Assembly: GCA_026025075.1 (NCBI GenBank) | Contig: JAPEUI010000114.1 | Location: 1 to 50,192, forward strand | Direction of reading: 5' to 3' | DNA from: Vezdaea acicularis | Lineage: Eukaryota | Length of the DNA: 50,192 nt | Shown here: positions 34,588 through 48,055 of the stretch, piece after piece | Layout of the letters: every line of letters begins with the position of its first letter | How positions within the stretch are numbered: position 1 is the stretch's first letter | Position numbers and translations under genes: made by a program | Notes under the pieces: generated by a model | Databases searched by the model: none | What the model saw: the letters and a program-made list of their open reading frames with translations, nothing else | Told to the model about the DNA's origin: nothing

Positions 34588-37500
34588 ATGGCGGATGAGA
34601 GCGGTAACCGGTCAAAAGGCGATCATAAGCTCTTCAGCAAGAGTAAATGGAAGGGCAAAATATTTACAAAAGAGGACGCTGGTCCTAGGGATCAGGAGGA
34701 CGAGAACATCAGGGACTTCCTAGGCCAGCCGTCGATGAAATCCCCTGTTCCGCGCCCTCCTACCGGAAACCCTGCCGTTTCTTTGAACCGCCTCGATGTA
34801 TCAAAGGCGACAAGGTGGCCAACTGCCGCTGAAGTCAATCGCCTGGGTGAACAAAATTCGTCACGCCCGAGCACGAGCGGGAGATCAAGGAGCCCCAAGC
34901 GGAAAACGAAGAAAGGCTTGTCCGTCGGCTTCACAGATCAGCGGCCAGAGATAATAGGGGAAGGTGGAGATGAGTCGGACGTGCCACCCATCGAGATATC
35001 CCGATCGCGAAGCCGTTCACTCTCTCCAGAGCTACGCCGCTCCACTGATGCCGGCATGAGACCTCCAAGTCAAGATGGACCGATACAGCGAAAACCAGTG
35101 CCACCGCTGAACACGGATTTCAAGCCGATGCCTCTCAGGAGGAGGCCAACGGGGTTCGAAGATCAAGCTGATAGTGGGGTCAAGAGACAGGATTCATATG
35201 GCATACACTTTGATGGGGACGAATCTCCCGACCTGAAGCTTGGAGCATTTGAGTCGCGGTCTGCACACGAGGCGCCAGGCACCAATTCGTTTGCTGCTAG
35301 AGCTCAGGCTCGAATGCTCGCCGAGGAGGGTCGGGTTCTGCAATCCTCATATCGCGGATCTCCCTCCGGAAAACCAGAGTTAGAAGCTGCTCCGCCCGGG
35401 CTAGATCTACCGCCAAAGTATATGCTCGATCCATTCCAAGACAGCCCTGAGACTGATTCAGCGCCGTCACCGAATTACTCCCTTCGACCGACACCTTCCC
35501 CTAGACCTGCACAGATGTATGGCCCTCCACCAGTAGCAAACCATCCGCCAAAGTTGAAAGCACTCCCGGCCACCCTCATCCATACATCACCAACATCCTT
35601 GAAGTCTGCCACAACTTACGATCCAAGCCCACAATCCTCAATAGCCGCGCCAACTCCTTCATCTTTGCATGCAGCTACTTCGGCTCTTGGGGATGGAACA
35701 CTCGAGGACTTCTCTGGTCGGGTGGAGCATTACAGTTCTCTTTTCCATCTTGCGGCGGAGTCATTGAAACCCATCATGGAGACACCATTCGAGGAATGGC
35801 TGCGGGCTGCAGTTTGGTGGTTCTTAAAGGGTCGCAGCGTACTTGAAGCTGCTATTCGTGCGCGCCCTCCAAATTCCGGCCCTCAAGTTCCGATCCAGGC
35901 TTATGTCGACCTTGCGAAGGCATGGTGGATTGTACAGCACATATGCCCTCAGCATCCGGAACCGCGACGATACGGCAACGGCGCTTTAGGGCGCTTGGTA
36001 GACATCGCAAGAAGTCACGGCGACGAAACCATGGCCAGCCTAATCGAAGTACACCAGTCGATCATTGGTTATATGAGAGCCCTCACTATTTCCATGAGGC
36101 GCAATGATATTCTGCCACCCCAGCAGGATGAGGCTCCACTCGCGACGGGCCTTGACACAAGCATATGGATCAAATACCCCCTCTTCACACCAGAGATCTG
36201 CAGCATACTTGCTGGCAAGACATCTAAGTCATTAGTCCTGGAAGCGCCTTCTTCCAAGTACTCATTAAAAGAGACGATACCGCTGGGAGATACAAAGAAC
36301 GATTTCAGTCTCGGCAGAATGTTTGTCGAAGTGTCCCTTTCAGATGAAGAAGAAGGCTCGGAACAGTTTATATTGCCCTGTATCTTGAGCGCTTTGCGAG
36401 AACGGAAAGACTGGCAGATTAAGCTTGTAATTGCCAGTCAAAATGCCCTTGTCAATATCAACGTTCAGACTACCGGAAAGTTCGGCACTACGTGGGAAAA
36501 TGTGCGGTGGAGGGCTAAGCAATTTCAAATACTTATACAACTTCCTCGAAAGTTTACCTTGACTGTTCAGTTGAAGGAAAAGGACTTTAAAACGCTGTGG
36601 GGTATCTATGACTACACGGAAAAGATTGAAAGCAGTTTGCAGCCTGAGCTCGGAGAGGAGCTCGTGTGCGACAGCATCCTGCAAAATTTTCAATACATTG
36701 ATCTAGACCCCAAAGCAAAGGTGTTCCCAAAAGAACCTGTCAAAAGATGTAGAGCTAGGCTTTTCGAGAAGAGCATTACCAGAAAAGATGGTACTGGTAC
36801 TCGAAAGTTGCATCGTGGCTATAGACTTCTTGTTGTCACGAGCCCGAAAGTGAAGACCATGAGCAGTGTCAGTCACAACCTTGGAACACAGAAATGTATC
36901 GAGTTTAGTCTGCTGCGGGGGTCTGACGGTGACCCTGCGATGTTGATCAAAGACAGAGACGCCAAAGGCGAGCGCGTCTCGGTCTTAAGCTTCGAAGATG
37001 AGGCCGAAAGAAAACTCATGCATTCGCACCTTATTGGAGCGGCTCCTATGGGCGAAGAGATACTGTTCACCGACGTAGAACTTAAGAGTGTGTCGATTGA
37101 GTCGAGCTCTCCAGCAGAAGGCTTTTCTCAGTCTGGCCATGATGTCTTGAAGAAATTTAAATGGGAGAGGTTGAGAGTGATAAAACGAGATCCAGAAGAT
37201 CGCCTCCCAAATGATATGTATGGACAGACTCTCCCTGAGAATCTGAGAATCATCGCCGATGCCCAGGAAGGAAGTACAACGGATCGAGTGAATCTAGGTA
37301 CTTTATTTCTAGTGTGACATATGTATTGTCTGATCAATACTGACTACCTACACTAGGCCCCGGACAGCTCCAGGTCCGCCTTGATGTGGGCTCATCTGCG
37401 GAGATCACGATCTTCCGGCCGCCTCAAGAAGACTTAACAATTGCTGTCGCGGAGAATCAAGTGTCGGAAGACGTGCCGCCAGCATTAACAGAGCTATTGA

Positions 37501-38179
37501 CCCTCATGCAACAGAAAGACACTGTCCGCAGCTACAGCTTTCGATCCTTGCCAGGTTCGATGCCACCCTCCATGTCAAGGTTTATGTGCGACTGACTCTG
37601 ATTCGTTAGATCTCCATGTTTTTGAAGCTGCCCTCACGGGCTTCAATGTCCTCTTTGATGGGTATGTTCAGTCCCTCATTCAAGATTTTCATACTGATTT
37701 CCGTCAGATTGGCGACATCCTTCGCCATTGCTCGCCGACGCATGGTCGTTCCCATCTACAAGAAATGGGAAACAAGCCTATCGCGGCTGCAAATCTTGCA
37801 GCAAGAGAAGATGGTGCAACTTGTTGTCTTTCTTGATGACTTTAGCCACGGGCATTGCATGAACTTCCAGCTGAAAGGCATGGACGTCTTCGAGTCATCT
37901 GCTAAATCTGGAAAGTACTTTGTCAGGATTGTGGACGCGAAGTTTGCCTTGCCTAAACCTGGTAATGACGTTGCGAGTCGCTTCGTATGTCTAGATATTC
38001 CCGAGTATCCTGGAGAACACGACGACATCACCATTGGATTTGATAGCGAACAAGGTATTTACAGTGCATTTTGCTTCCTGATACACGACTGATCCAGAAC
38101 TTTAGTGTGGAACCAATTCCAGAAATCCTTACCAGCGCAGGTAATTCCTATAACGAGGATGGGTTCTTTACGAAAGTGA
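34588..38179 (+). CDS. Large conserved-looking hypothetical fungal protein (disordered N-terminus, globular C-terminal domains)
   Basis: 912-aa ORF continued over four short GT-AG introns to TGA at 38177-38179; motifs WLRAAVWWFLKGR and ARRRMVVPIYKKWE. Confidence 0.75.
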
Positions 38180-38700
38180 TGGGTATGGTTTCATGTGGGC
38201 GTGGATACCCTCTTAACGGCACAGCATTGGCGCTAGAGCGTTCTTTGGGCGAGCGAGCCCCTTTTGAGACACAGCGTTATGAATGTGGAATTCGGGGCTG
38301 GGTCGGCTAGTCATTGATCCAGGCGTCATGTACTTTGTTGGTAGATGACTGCTGAACGCAACTCCTGTAGCATTGCAGCTATGTCGGACTTGAACATTGA
38401 TTGCGTGCTCGTTTATTGATCTTATAGCGCCGGAAGCCTTACCAGAAGGCAAAGTTGGCGGGAATCTGGCCAAGGGGGGCCCTGGCTCGAAAGGGTCTAT
38501 TATCGTAATCGCGGTATTTACCGAGCAGACCCCTGCAGCATAGTAGGTGGCGGATACCATCGCACTCCTATGACTTGCCCCTCAGCTATGACCACGGAAG
38601 GCTTCTAGACACGTTGAATTCTTTCTGCCTGTTTTGCATTCTTCTTAGGCGCTCGCGTTCTCTGCATCATCCGCACATCCTGACGACTTGAAGGACCACG

Positions 38701-40616
38701 ATGGACCCTCAACGGGAAGGTGAGGCCATCACCCCGGGCGAACCCACCTCTAGTAGGGAACCAAGCCCAAGCCTCGGTGGCCGAGAAGATCTTAGGGCCT
38801 ACAGAGAGGGGAGGAACAGACTTGGTGATCCTGATGGTAGTGGTAACGCAGACACGGAAACGTGGCAGGACTTCTTGAGAGCTGGACAGGATCGTGAGGC
38901 TTTGAGAAATTCCCGCAATACTGAAGGGGGAGCTTCTCGAAGCACTAGCACCGAAGATGAAGTACGCAAGTACCTTTGAGCTTTTCTGAGCTTTGGGCTA
39001 ATTTTCCAAGCAGACAGTCCTATCCCAAAGCCATGTACGAAGAGCGACCCAGCCAGACGGAGCAACTCCCGAGTCACCTCGATATCGCCGTCTTCCGCGT
39101 CCAGCAAGCCTTGATAGGACAGGTCAGAGAAGGAGCAGTGATATAATACTTCCGCAATGGCAACCGGATTCAGATGTCTCCCAGTGCCCCATATGCAAGA
39201 TGCCCTTCAGTTTCTGGTACAGAAAGCACCATTGTCGGTAAGTTGATAGAAAATGTCGGCTCTTCTCAGGAAGCGCCGGGAAGCAGCAGCACCTCTTCCT
39301 ACTACCATAACTCTATCCTGGATTATTTCCACTTATCTGATGCTAAAATATCTCTTGTAGGAAATGCGGCCGAGTCGTCTGTGCCAATTGCTCTCCTCAT
39401 CGAATCACGATTCCTCGGCAATTCGTCGTCCAACCCCCAGAGCTAGTCATCTCCACGGCCGACCTACGTCTAAGCGATCGCGAGGTTCCCGAAATGACTG
39501 GAGAGGAGGATGACAACATAGCTACAAGGACTGCTCGGAGAAACTCACGTCGAGGCTCAGCAGCCCTTGTCGACGCAAGTCTAGGTGGCGGGGAAGAAGT
39601 CCGAATTTGCAACCCTTGTGTACCCGACCCGAACATTACACCACCGCCTCAGATTGCTGCTCGGGCTCGACAAGAAGCGCTTGCGCAGTCTCAGCCAGGT
39701 CAGAGGCCGTCACCGAACCCAAGGCGCGTTGCCATGAGGCCGAGACCAGCCGGTGGCGTCTTTGCAGAAGCGGTCATGGGGGATTCTATCCGAGCTATGA
39801 GTGATCAGGAGCGATATTTCAGGGTAGGCCAGCCAATCAGAGTGGGAGACATAGAAACCGCTCGGACTGCTGCTCGTCGGCGAGGCGTGACTGTAGGTTT
39901 TCCCGTCCCTTCTTCATCTTCTTGTGCTAACAGCTCCCCAGTTTGCCCACCACCCTACAGCCGTCTCCCCCTACGCGCCACCCGCCATCCGCTTCCCGGC
40001 CTCTAGCTCTGCGTCGGCTTCATCCTCCTCTACCCAGCAACCCAACCCCTATACGCGCCCCTCCCACCATCGCCAAGCCGCCTCGCTTTCCACCTACCCC
40101 TCCGCCGCCCGAGCCTACCAATCCCTCCTCCAACCGGCCCCCGCCACCCTCCTCCCAGACGAGGCCTACTGCCCCGTCTGCTCCCTCCCCTTCCCTACCA
40201 TCTTCCGCTCCCCCTTCACCCCCGACACCACCCTGCACCGCGAAGCACACGTCACATCCTGCATCGAGCGCGCAACCTCCTCCTCCCCGCGCCGCACCGC
40301 ACCCAACCCCAGCTCCGACCCCCACCCCGCCTCGCCCCACCAAACAGCAACCCAAACCTCCCCGTCCGACCCCTATTTTGGCGCCCCCACCAATTTCAGC
40401 ACCCGCATGCTGCGCTTCGCAGCCACGGAGAAGGATTGTGTCGGCAGCGATGGCGAGCCCGTCGAGTGTGTCATCTGTCTCGAGGAGGTCGAGCCTGGCG
40501 TCATGATGGGCCGTCTCGAGTGTCTCTGTCGCTTTCATGAAGAGTGTATCCGTGCTTGGTGGGGCCGGAAGGGCGGTGGTTGTCCCGTGCATATTGATGG
40601 GCTGGGTTTGCGGTGA
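38701..40616 (+). CDS. PIB1: FYVE and RING-H2 domain E3 ligase (Pib1-like)
   Basis: WQPDSDVSQCPIC..RKHHCR|KCGRVVCANCS FYVE split by intron about 39237-39360; C-terminal CVICLEE..RLECLCRFHEECI..CPVH. Confidence 0.85.
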
Positions 40617-41405
40617 GAGAGTTGGGGGGGGGGTATGCGGTTGTTGTTGTGGTAGTGGTGGTAGGGTCTTTTTTATGAGGTGTTTAGAGGGGTGGGTTCA
40701 TTTGAGGCTGTAGCTAGGCCTGCGTAGGCTGCTGGATGTGCGGTCTTGGATTTTCTTGTTTCTGGGATATCAGGCGCCTCTTCCATCTGATATCTATCAA
40801 GCTTCGGCCGGGCCCATCGGGTCGAGCGGTCTGCGCTTTCTGTCTTATAGAATATTCATCATCATTATCATTGGATACCCCACCTCTCACGCCCCCTCCT
40901 CCCCAACACGTCCACGCCCTTCCCATACCCCCTCCTCCCTCTCCTCCCTTATCGCGCCTCCTGTCCAGCAACCTCCCTTCTCTCCATCTGTCCATCAACC
41001 CAGCTACTCTTGGACACAATTCCCCGAACCCTGATCCTTGGCGGATTTGAGGGGATGCTGTTTGGGAGGGAGGGGAAAGGAGAACAGGAGGGTGGGAGGT
41101 TCTATTGGGAAAAGGAAGGCGGGGGGGGGGCATGATATTATGGTGGATGCCTCAGCTAAGTGTCTGGATAGGGCTCCAGCTGGTGGGTGCTAAGGATACT
41201 TTGTTTGAGAGAGACTACAGACCGTGCGGAAGCATGATACATCGATAACACAAACGCCGCGATGATCACGCACCCCTAGGATTATCGCGTTTCCTTCTCC
41301 TATTCCCCCTCCAATTCCCCACAATCCACTCCCAGCCACACTCCTCTTCACACAAACATACACCAACAAACTCCCCAAGCAACCACACAAAAAGCAGCAA
41401 ATACA

Positions 41406-43295
41406 CTAGACACCCAGCTCTGCGGCCGCGGGATCCTTCTTCGCGGCGAGACTGCCATCGCCGGAATCGGAATCGGCGACGATCTTGCCCTCGATGAGAT
41501 TGCCCTCGCGGCCGAGCATCTGGTGTTCGATGTTGACCTTGGGGCCCTTGAACCACTTGCGGGCGGAGACGACCCACCAAATCATGACGAGCAGCATGGG
41601 GCCGCCGTAGACGACGCAGGTCCAGTTCATGAGTTGTGCGCTGGTTTGGGAGGTTTGGTTAGTTGGGAGGGTTTTGTTGGGATGGATGCAGGTAGGTAAG
41701 TTTTGCGGGGATGGGGGGAGTAAAGGGAATAAGGAGTGGGAAGGGGGAAGGCGAAATTGATGAACACTCACGTCAGATCAGAGCCCGTTACACTCGGTAA
41801 GCACAGAATCGGGACCATGAGCAGGACGAACGACACGGCCGCGGTGCCAATGAATGGACTCGCCTTGCCCAGGTTCCACGGGCCCGCGCGGAACCTGTTG
41901 CCGACGAAAAAGGTGCGCACGGCAATGGGCGTGGTGAAGGCGACAAAGGCGGCGATGGCGCCGACGCTGAAGATCGCGTTGATGGCGACCTGGCCCGCGA
42001 AGATGAGGAGGCACAGCGCGACGCCGATGGCGCAGTTGAACCACACGGCGTTGACGGGCGTATCGGTGATGGGGTTGACCTTCTTCCAGATGCGCGAGAG
42101 GGGGAAGCAGTCGTCGCGAGCATAGGCGTAGGTCACGCGCGAGGCGGCCACCATGCAGCCCTGGCCCATGGAGAAGCCGCAGACGATGGTCAGGGCGAGG
42201 ACGGCGAGCGCGGTCTTCTCGGGCAGCACCTGGTACAGGTAGGACGCCCAGGGGTTGCCGAGCGCAGAGGCGAGGACGGAGGGGATGTCGATGACCGTGT
42301 AGGCGACGACGAGTTGGAGGAACCAGCCCATGAGCCCGCCGATGCTGGATGTGAGCACGATGGCACGCGGGGAGGCGATGGTCGCGTTGGAGCATTCTTC
42401 CGAGAGATGGAAAGGGGAGTCGTAGCCGGACATGGTCCAGATCACGGAGATGAACGACATAAGGACGGCGACGCCGGCAGGGAACTCAGTGCCGTTCTCG
42501 ATGGTGCCCCACACGTGTGGCGTAGGCGTAAATCGGGGGTTGCTGCGGTTCGTCCCGGCGGGAATGAGGATAATGACCACGATCAGAGCGGCAATGTTGA
42601 TGCTCGAGCCGACGGAGTTGAAGTTGGCGATCCACTTTGTCGGCATGCTTGAGAGGCAGGCATGCAGGATCATGACCAGAGTGGTCAGGAGGAAGACCTG
42701 GTAGTTCTGTGGGGTGTAGTCCGGCTTGTTGATGGACACTGCCGCGAGCGTCATGGCAGAAAGGGCGTAGTCCACCGAAGGAGCCGCCGTTACTTGTCCA
42801 ATCCAATTCGACCAGCCGGTGAACCAGGCAGCAAGGGGTCCCCATCCCGGTGGAGCCAACACTGCGGCAGCGTAGTAGAGCCCTCCGGAAGTGGGCATTG
42901 AAGAGCAGAGCTCGGCCATGCTCATAGCAACGCATTGAATGAAGATCATTGCAATGAGCCAACCCCAAACCATACCTTCATGAGAATATCACGTCAGCCT
43001 CTTGTATCACATAACGCGGCCATATCTTGGGTAACGTACCTGCAGTTCCAGCATAACCCATGCCAAAGTACAGCGTGCTGGCAAAACTCGGGAGAAGACC
43101 CAAGACGGCGAAACTGACACAGAACGTCGTCCATAACGAGAATTCACGCTTAAACTCCTGCTTGTAACCCAAAGCCGCCAATGCTTCCTCATCGGCGCTC
43201 AGGGTGTGGTTCGAGATCGGGATATCGCCTGAAGGCAGGACAGAGGATACATTGACCTCGCCCACACTGTGAGCACGCTGCTTCAAGTCCGACAT
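41406..43295 (-). CDS. APC-superfamily amino acid/GABA/polyamine permease (Uga4/Tpo5-like)
   Basis: LGYKQEFKREFS, MAELCSSMPTSGGLY, GYDSPFHLSEE, ASRVTYAYARD, ARKWFKGP; two introns. Confidence 0.92.
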
Positions 43296-44491
43296 GGCAA
43301 AGGATATGATAATGTTCAACTACGCATGGAATAGTGTCGTGTTGCTATTCGGCAACTATACATGCGACGGTGACGGAACTGTTGTTGTCGGACGAGCCCA
43401 GGGCAGCCCGATGGATATCTTAAGAAGCGTCCGATACCATCGAGGATCTACAGCGATTGAGGATAGCGCAAGCGGCGCATCTCTGGGGAGGAGATAGTCC
43501 GTCCTGGCCAATCAGCGATGGTCAGCTGAAGCTGGTGTCGGGCGAGCCTGCGTCTGGGGAGATGCAGTCTCCTCCGACATGCTACGCATCAAGAGGTGGC
43601 ATTTTCGTCGCGTTCGATCGGATGCACTATCTCTCTTGGGTTGGGCTCCCTCTTGACCGCGAACCTTGTACGAAAGGGAGGCCCGGGGTGGGATGATTGC
43701 TTTTCGGTGTTTATGGCTCGGCACCGGCAACTCTGACGGCGTTGCGGCTTCACTTCTTCGCATTGGAGAGACAGGAGCGCACATCTCGTTATCTTTCGAG
43801 AAGGTGGCAGTCTTTTCCACCGGATGCAGGGAGGGTGTCGCTGGTGGAGGGCTGGCGACGCGAGAATGGGCCTTTTCGTCCCGCTGAGAGGCCAGCAAGC
43901 GAGCCCGGAGCACACTAGATGGCGGCTAAGCGGTGAAGCGGGGTGGCGACGACGTTTGCAGGGCCGCCGTAAACTGGACGTCCCATGGGAAGGGTCCGGC
44001 CAAACCGACGATAAGGGCTGCAGAAGGCGAGATCCGCCCTCTTCGAAGCTTCCCGTCCCTTGCGTGGACTTTCTCAAACGGTAGATGGAGCGGCTTTATT
44101 TCCACCATTACAAGAGCTAACTCCCTTGCTCGCGTGCCTCTTGGCGTGTACAAGACTGCTTTTTCCCCAAAGGAAAAAGAAAGCAAGAGAGAAAGCTAAC
44201 ATATGAACGTCTGACTGTAAACGGTCTGACCATTTATGATGAATAGCATAATACCGCCCTGACAATCTCCCCCCACTCTTGACACGTTGATATAAGATCA
44301 GAGGAGTTTGCCTCAGAATTGGGGACCAGGGAAACGATGAATAAGGACGTTGTCCGGGTTAGAGATAATGCGCTTCCGGCAACCCAATGACGTCCTAAGC
44401 TTTTTGCCGAGGCAAGCTCAAACTCCGGAGGTGAAATATGCAAAATGAAGCTCTAGCTTTCGACCGGGATACACCTATTCGTGTAACTCAC

Positions 44492-45795
44492 ATGCCTCCT
44501 CTTTCAGTTCGTCCATCCATCCACCCCTTTGTGAACCTCAATCCAAAGGCCTCCCTTCCCCAAAGCCGACTCCTCCGTCCATATGGAATAACTTCTTCCT
44601 TTCGTAGAAGCCCCACTACCGTGCATAGTAAGCCGCAATCGATGAGGGCTTCTATCCTAAATCGACGCAGTAAGAGCGACGATGTAAGGTCTAAATATTC
44701 TCCAAAATTCGCGCACGCAAGCGCAAGGTATTTGTTCAATTGACATCAATGGAAACACATACTGATCAAGCGAAGCGTTATCCTGGTTTCCCCTTCAAAC
44801 GAGATACTTCTCCTCCACCGAGTCCACACCTCGTCTTCCTTCCCATCCGCACATGTATTCCCCGGTGGAAACCTATCCGAGGAACAAGACGGCACCAACT
44901 TTCCTGGCGAAGACCCAATACGGCACGAGGATGGGCGCGCATACCGCCTCGCCGCCATTCGGGAAACGTTCGAAGAAAGCGGTATTCTCCTCGCCAAGCG
45001 AGAAGACGGAAACGGGCTCTGGAGTATTCCAGACGAGGACAGGGAGAGGGGCAGAAAAGCCATCCACAGCGGCCAAGTAAGGTTCCTCGATTGGCTGGAA
45101 GCAGGGGGTGGCGTGGCAGACCTAGGTCTCTAATATCCCCCGAAGAGCATGCCAGGACGTAGCTAACACAGACCTACTCAGACAACCTCATCCCCTTCAC
45201 CCGCTGGATCACGCCAATCAACTTGCCCAAACGCTACACGACGCAGATGTATGTCTACTTCCTCCCCCTCAGCACAAGCTCCCTTGACGCATCTGGCCCC
45301 CTCTCTGCCGATGGAGAAGCCATCATCCCTAACCCCACGTCCGACGGCGGGGTCGAGCACACCTCCGCGCGCTTTCTGCCAGCGCATGAATGGCTCTCGC
45401 TCGCGCGCTCAAGCTCCGTCATTCTCATCCCTCCCCAATATGTCCTCCTACACCTCCTCGAGCCTATGCTCGCTCCACCAAACAGCATACCTCCTTTCTC
45501 ACACGAGCAATTACAACAGCAGCGCGAAGAAGTTATGAGGTTTCTTGCAACCGGCGACCCGCCTTGGAGTGAGATGTGCATCAGTCCTTATATGCTCTCT
45601 TTCGATAAGGAAAGCGGAGAGGCGGTGGTAGGGCTGGATCGGCCGGGAGCGGAGCTTGAGGGAACGGGCAGGAGGGGAGATGGAGAGAGGGTTGTTTTAG
45701 TCAAGATGGAGAAGCAGGGAGCACGGGTTCTGGATGTTCGGTCGAGAGACGGCTTTCTAAAGAAGAGTGGGAAGGCAAGGAGTGGGAAGTTGTGA
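44492..45795 (+). CDS. NUDIX hydrolase, NUDT19-like
   Basis: Spliced reading SASVILVSP..ILLLHRVHTSSSFPSAHVFPGGNL..AAIRETFEESGILL (Nudix box), FTRWITP..KRYTTQMY; ends GKL; introns about 44728-44775 and 45126-45181; start may be 44642. Confidence 0.85.
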
Positions 45796-47002
45796 ATACC
45801 GCATCATTTGCGACTACCAAGGCTTTGTATATAGCATGTAGATAACTTGGTAAGTGTTCCCTACGACGCCGTTACCTGACCACTCTAAGCTCATACTGCA
45901 GAATCGTAGCTTCGAAAGGGATCCTCTACGAGCTCCTTCCGTCAGCTAGCAGCATCCGGTTAAGGGACTTGTCTCTAGTCCCGCTTCACACGTCGCACAT
46001 AAGTTCAAGAGGTGTTCGAAAGCACATTCCTCACCACAGCTCCTTCTCTCCGACAAACAGACGGCCCGAAAAGGTCCCCTCGCGCCATACTTCAGATGTC
46101 ACGAATGCACAGTCTCATTCCCCTTCTTGGCCTCGCGTGCGGAGGCAAGACCACGGGGGGGACGTCTTCACAGACACTGCTACATTTCCTTACGAAAAGA
46201 GTCAATTGTGGGGTTTGTGTAAGCCAATGAGAAAGGATAGGGATTCAGGTGCGAACTCCGGCAGCAAAAGGTTACCTAAAGCGCAGAGAAAGCATGTTGA
46301 TGCTCACAATAGCTTCAGCGGCACATTCAAAGCAAAAGCAATAGGGAGTGGCCGCAATGGACGCAGCCGACCAAAAGCCAATGGAATCATTGGTGAACAA
46401 AGGGTCATTGTCTTGAGTACAATCTCTTGAAGACTCTTGCGGGCCGTCGTTGCGAAAGACATATTTGACAAAGCGGAGGATGAATCTATGACAAAACATC
46501 CTTAAAGCTGTTTGAATGACCACATATTGGCCCCTCTCTTCTCCATCTCTTTCCTAAGCACAGGATATAACCATTGAATGAATACTTCTCATCCGCTATC
46601 GAAGAACGGGAATTTACTGGTAATACAGTCGCCTTGCGTGCCCAGCTGCTACGCCAAAACTGGAACCACATATTCCTTCTCATGAATTGCTCGGTTGTTC
46701 GCCTTATTTGAGCACATACAGAAGCCCCTATGCTTCTTGACTGGAATGCGAAGCCAGGAGACGGCGCATAAGCCATCAATAGGTCATTTTCACTCATCGG
46801 CGTACGTAACCAACAGCAGATCCAAGCTCAACAGCAAGCTCATAGTAAATCTTCTCGATATGAGCTTGGCGTGACTGCACTTTTGCTCATTTCGGAGTAT
46901 TGAGCTCGGGGCCAAGCCCACAACCTCATAAGGAGGTGCTGTGCCTTCGCGCGCCAGTATCATTTGGTTATGGTTATGCTCATGAATTTTGTCGACGAAC
47001 TT

Positions 47003-47175
47003 GATAACTGCAACGCAAAAAGCTCCTGATCACCTGACTCCACGTGATAGTTCCAGTTTCTTGTGCTGTCGCATTGGCCTCATGCGCCATCAATCTTTCT
47101 TCTCCATTTTCGATACCTGCAACGCGAAAAGCTCTTAGTCACCTGGTATCACGTGATTATTCCAGTTTCTTGTGC
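47003..47175. repeat. Diverged direct repeat of about 64 bp (period 109 bp) containing CACGTG
   Basis: 47003-47066 versus 47112-47175 share CTGCAACGCnAAAAGCTC..TCACCTG..CACGTGAT..TTCCAGTTTCTTGTGC. Confidence 0.85.
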
Positions 47176-47660
47176 CGCTCAAACGCTCGACGGGCAACTC
47201 ATCCTGCATCCGCCCCCCATCCTTAATGGCGCCCAAGGATCTCAACTCTGGTGCACTGCACGTGCCCTTAGGTTTCCTCGTCGCGCTCGTCGACCTAATC
47301 GTGACAGGAAATCCGAAGCCCACGTGATGAACAGTATTGTGACGAGGGCCATGAGCGAGGGAATTGTTACCTGAAGCCCTTAAGGGCATTTCTGGGCGTG
47401 GTGTTGAGTTGGGTGTTGAACGACGGGTGGTGACTATCACGAGACGAGGACTTTCTGTGTTGCGCTTTGTTCGTGTGGGAGGCTGTTCGCTTAGGGTTTA
47501 GGCTCGGCCGAAAACATATTTTGGATGTGTGGGATATTTCCATGACGGACTTCCATCACCGACAACGAGAGAGCACGTTTCCAGCCACACACACCTCACC
47601 TCATCATTGCAATCCAGCAAAGCCCGGAGAGGAAGATACTGAACGACTCATCGCGCAATC

Positions 47661-48055
47661 ATGGAGAACGACCGTGGTGAACTCGTCGATCTGTACGTCC
47701 CTCTTTTCCCCACCCCTCTATCCATCTATCACTCCCACAGGACTATTTCTCCCACTCTACCCTCCTCCCCTTATCTCCACATCTTCCAATCCATCTAGCT
47801 AACTTTCCTGCCCCTCACAGCTACGTCCCCCGCAAATGTAGTGCCACGAACCGCATCATCAAGTCGAAAGACCACGCCAGCGTGCAGATCTCCGTCGGCA
47901 AAGTCGACGAGAACGGGCGCTACACCGGCGAGAACCAGGTCTATGCTCTGTGCGGCTTCGTGCGGTCGATGGGCGAGGGGGATGACAGTCTGAATCGGTT
48001 GGCGCAGAGGGATGGCCTGCTCAAGAATGTGTGGAGTGGGAGTGTGCAGCGATAG
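47661..48055 (+). CDS. RPS21: 40S ribosomal protein S21 (eS21)
   Basis: [88 protein letters not shown]; intron 47693-47820; not in the ORF track. Confidence 0.97.

Noticed and set aside
39237..39360. Longer FYVE-gene intron as a snoRNA host
   Set aside because: No RTGATGA box C or recognisable guide, only a lone CTGA
43294..44265. Overlapping short ORFs upstream of the permease
   Set aside because: No recognisable coding signal; consistent with a long regulatory region
47376..47502. GCCCTTAAGGGC palindrome and TTAGGGTTTAGG telomere-like motif
   Set aside because: Too short for a telomeric remnant; possibly ribosomal-protein promoter elements but unsupported without conservation data
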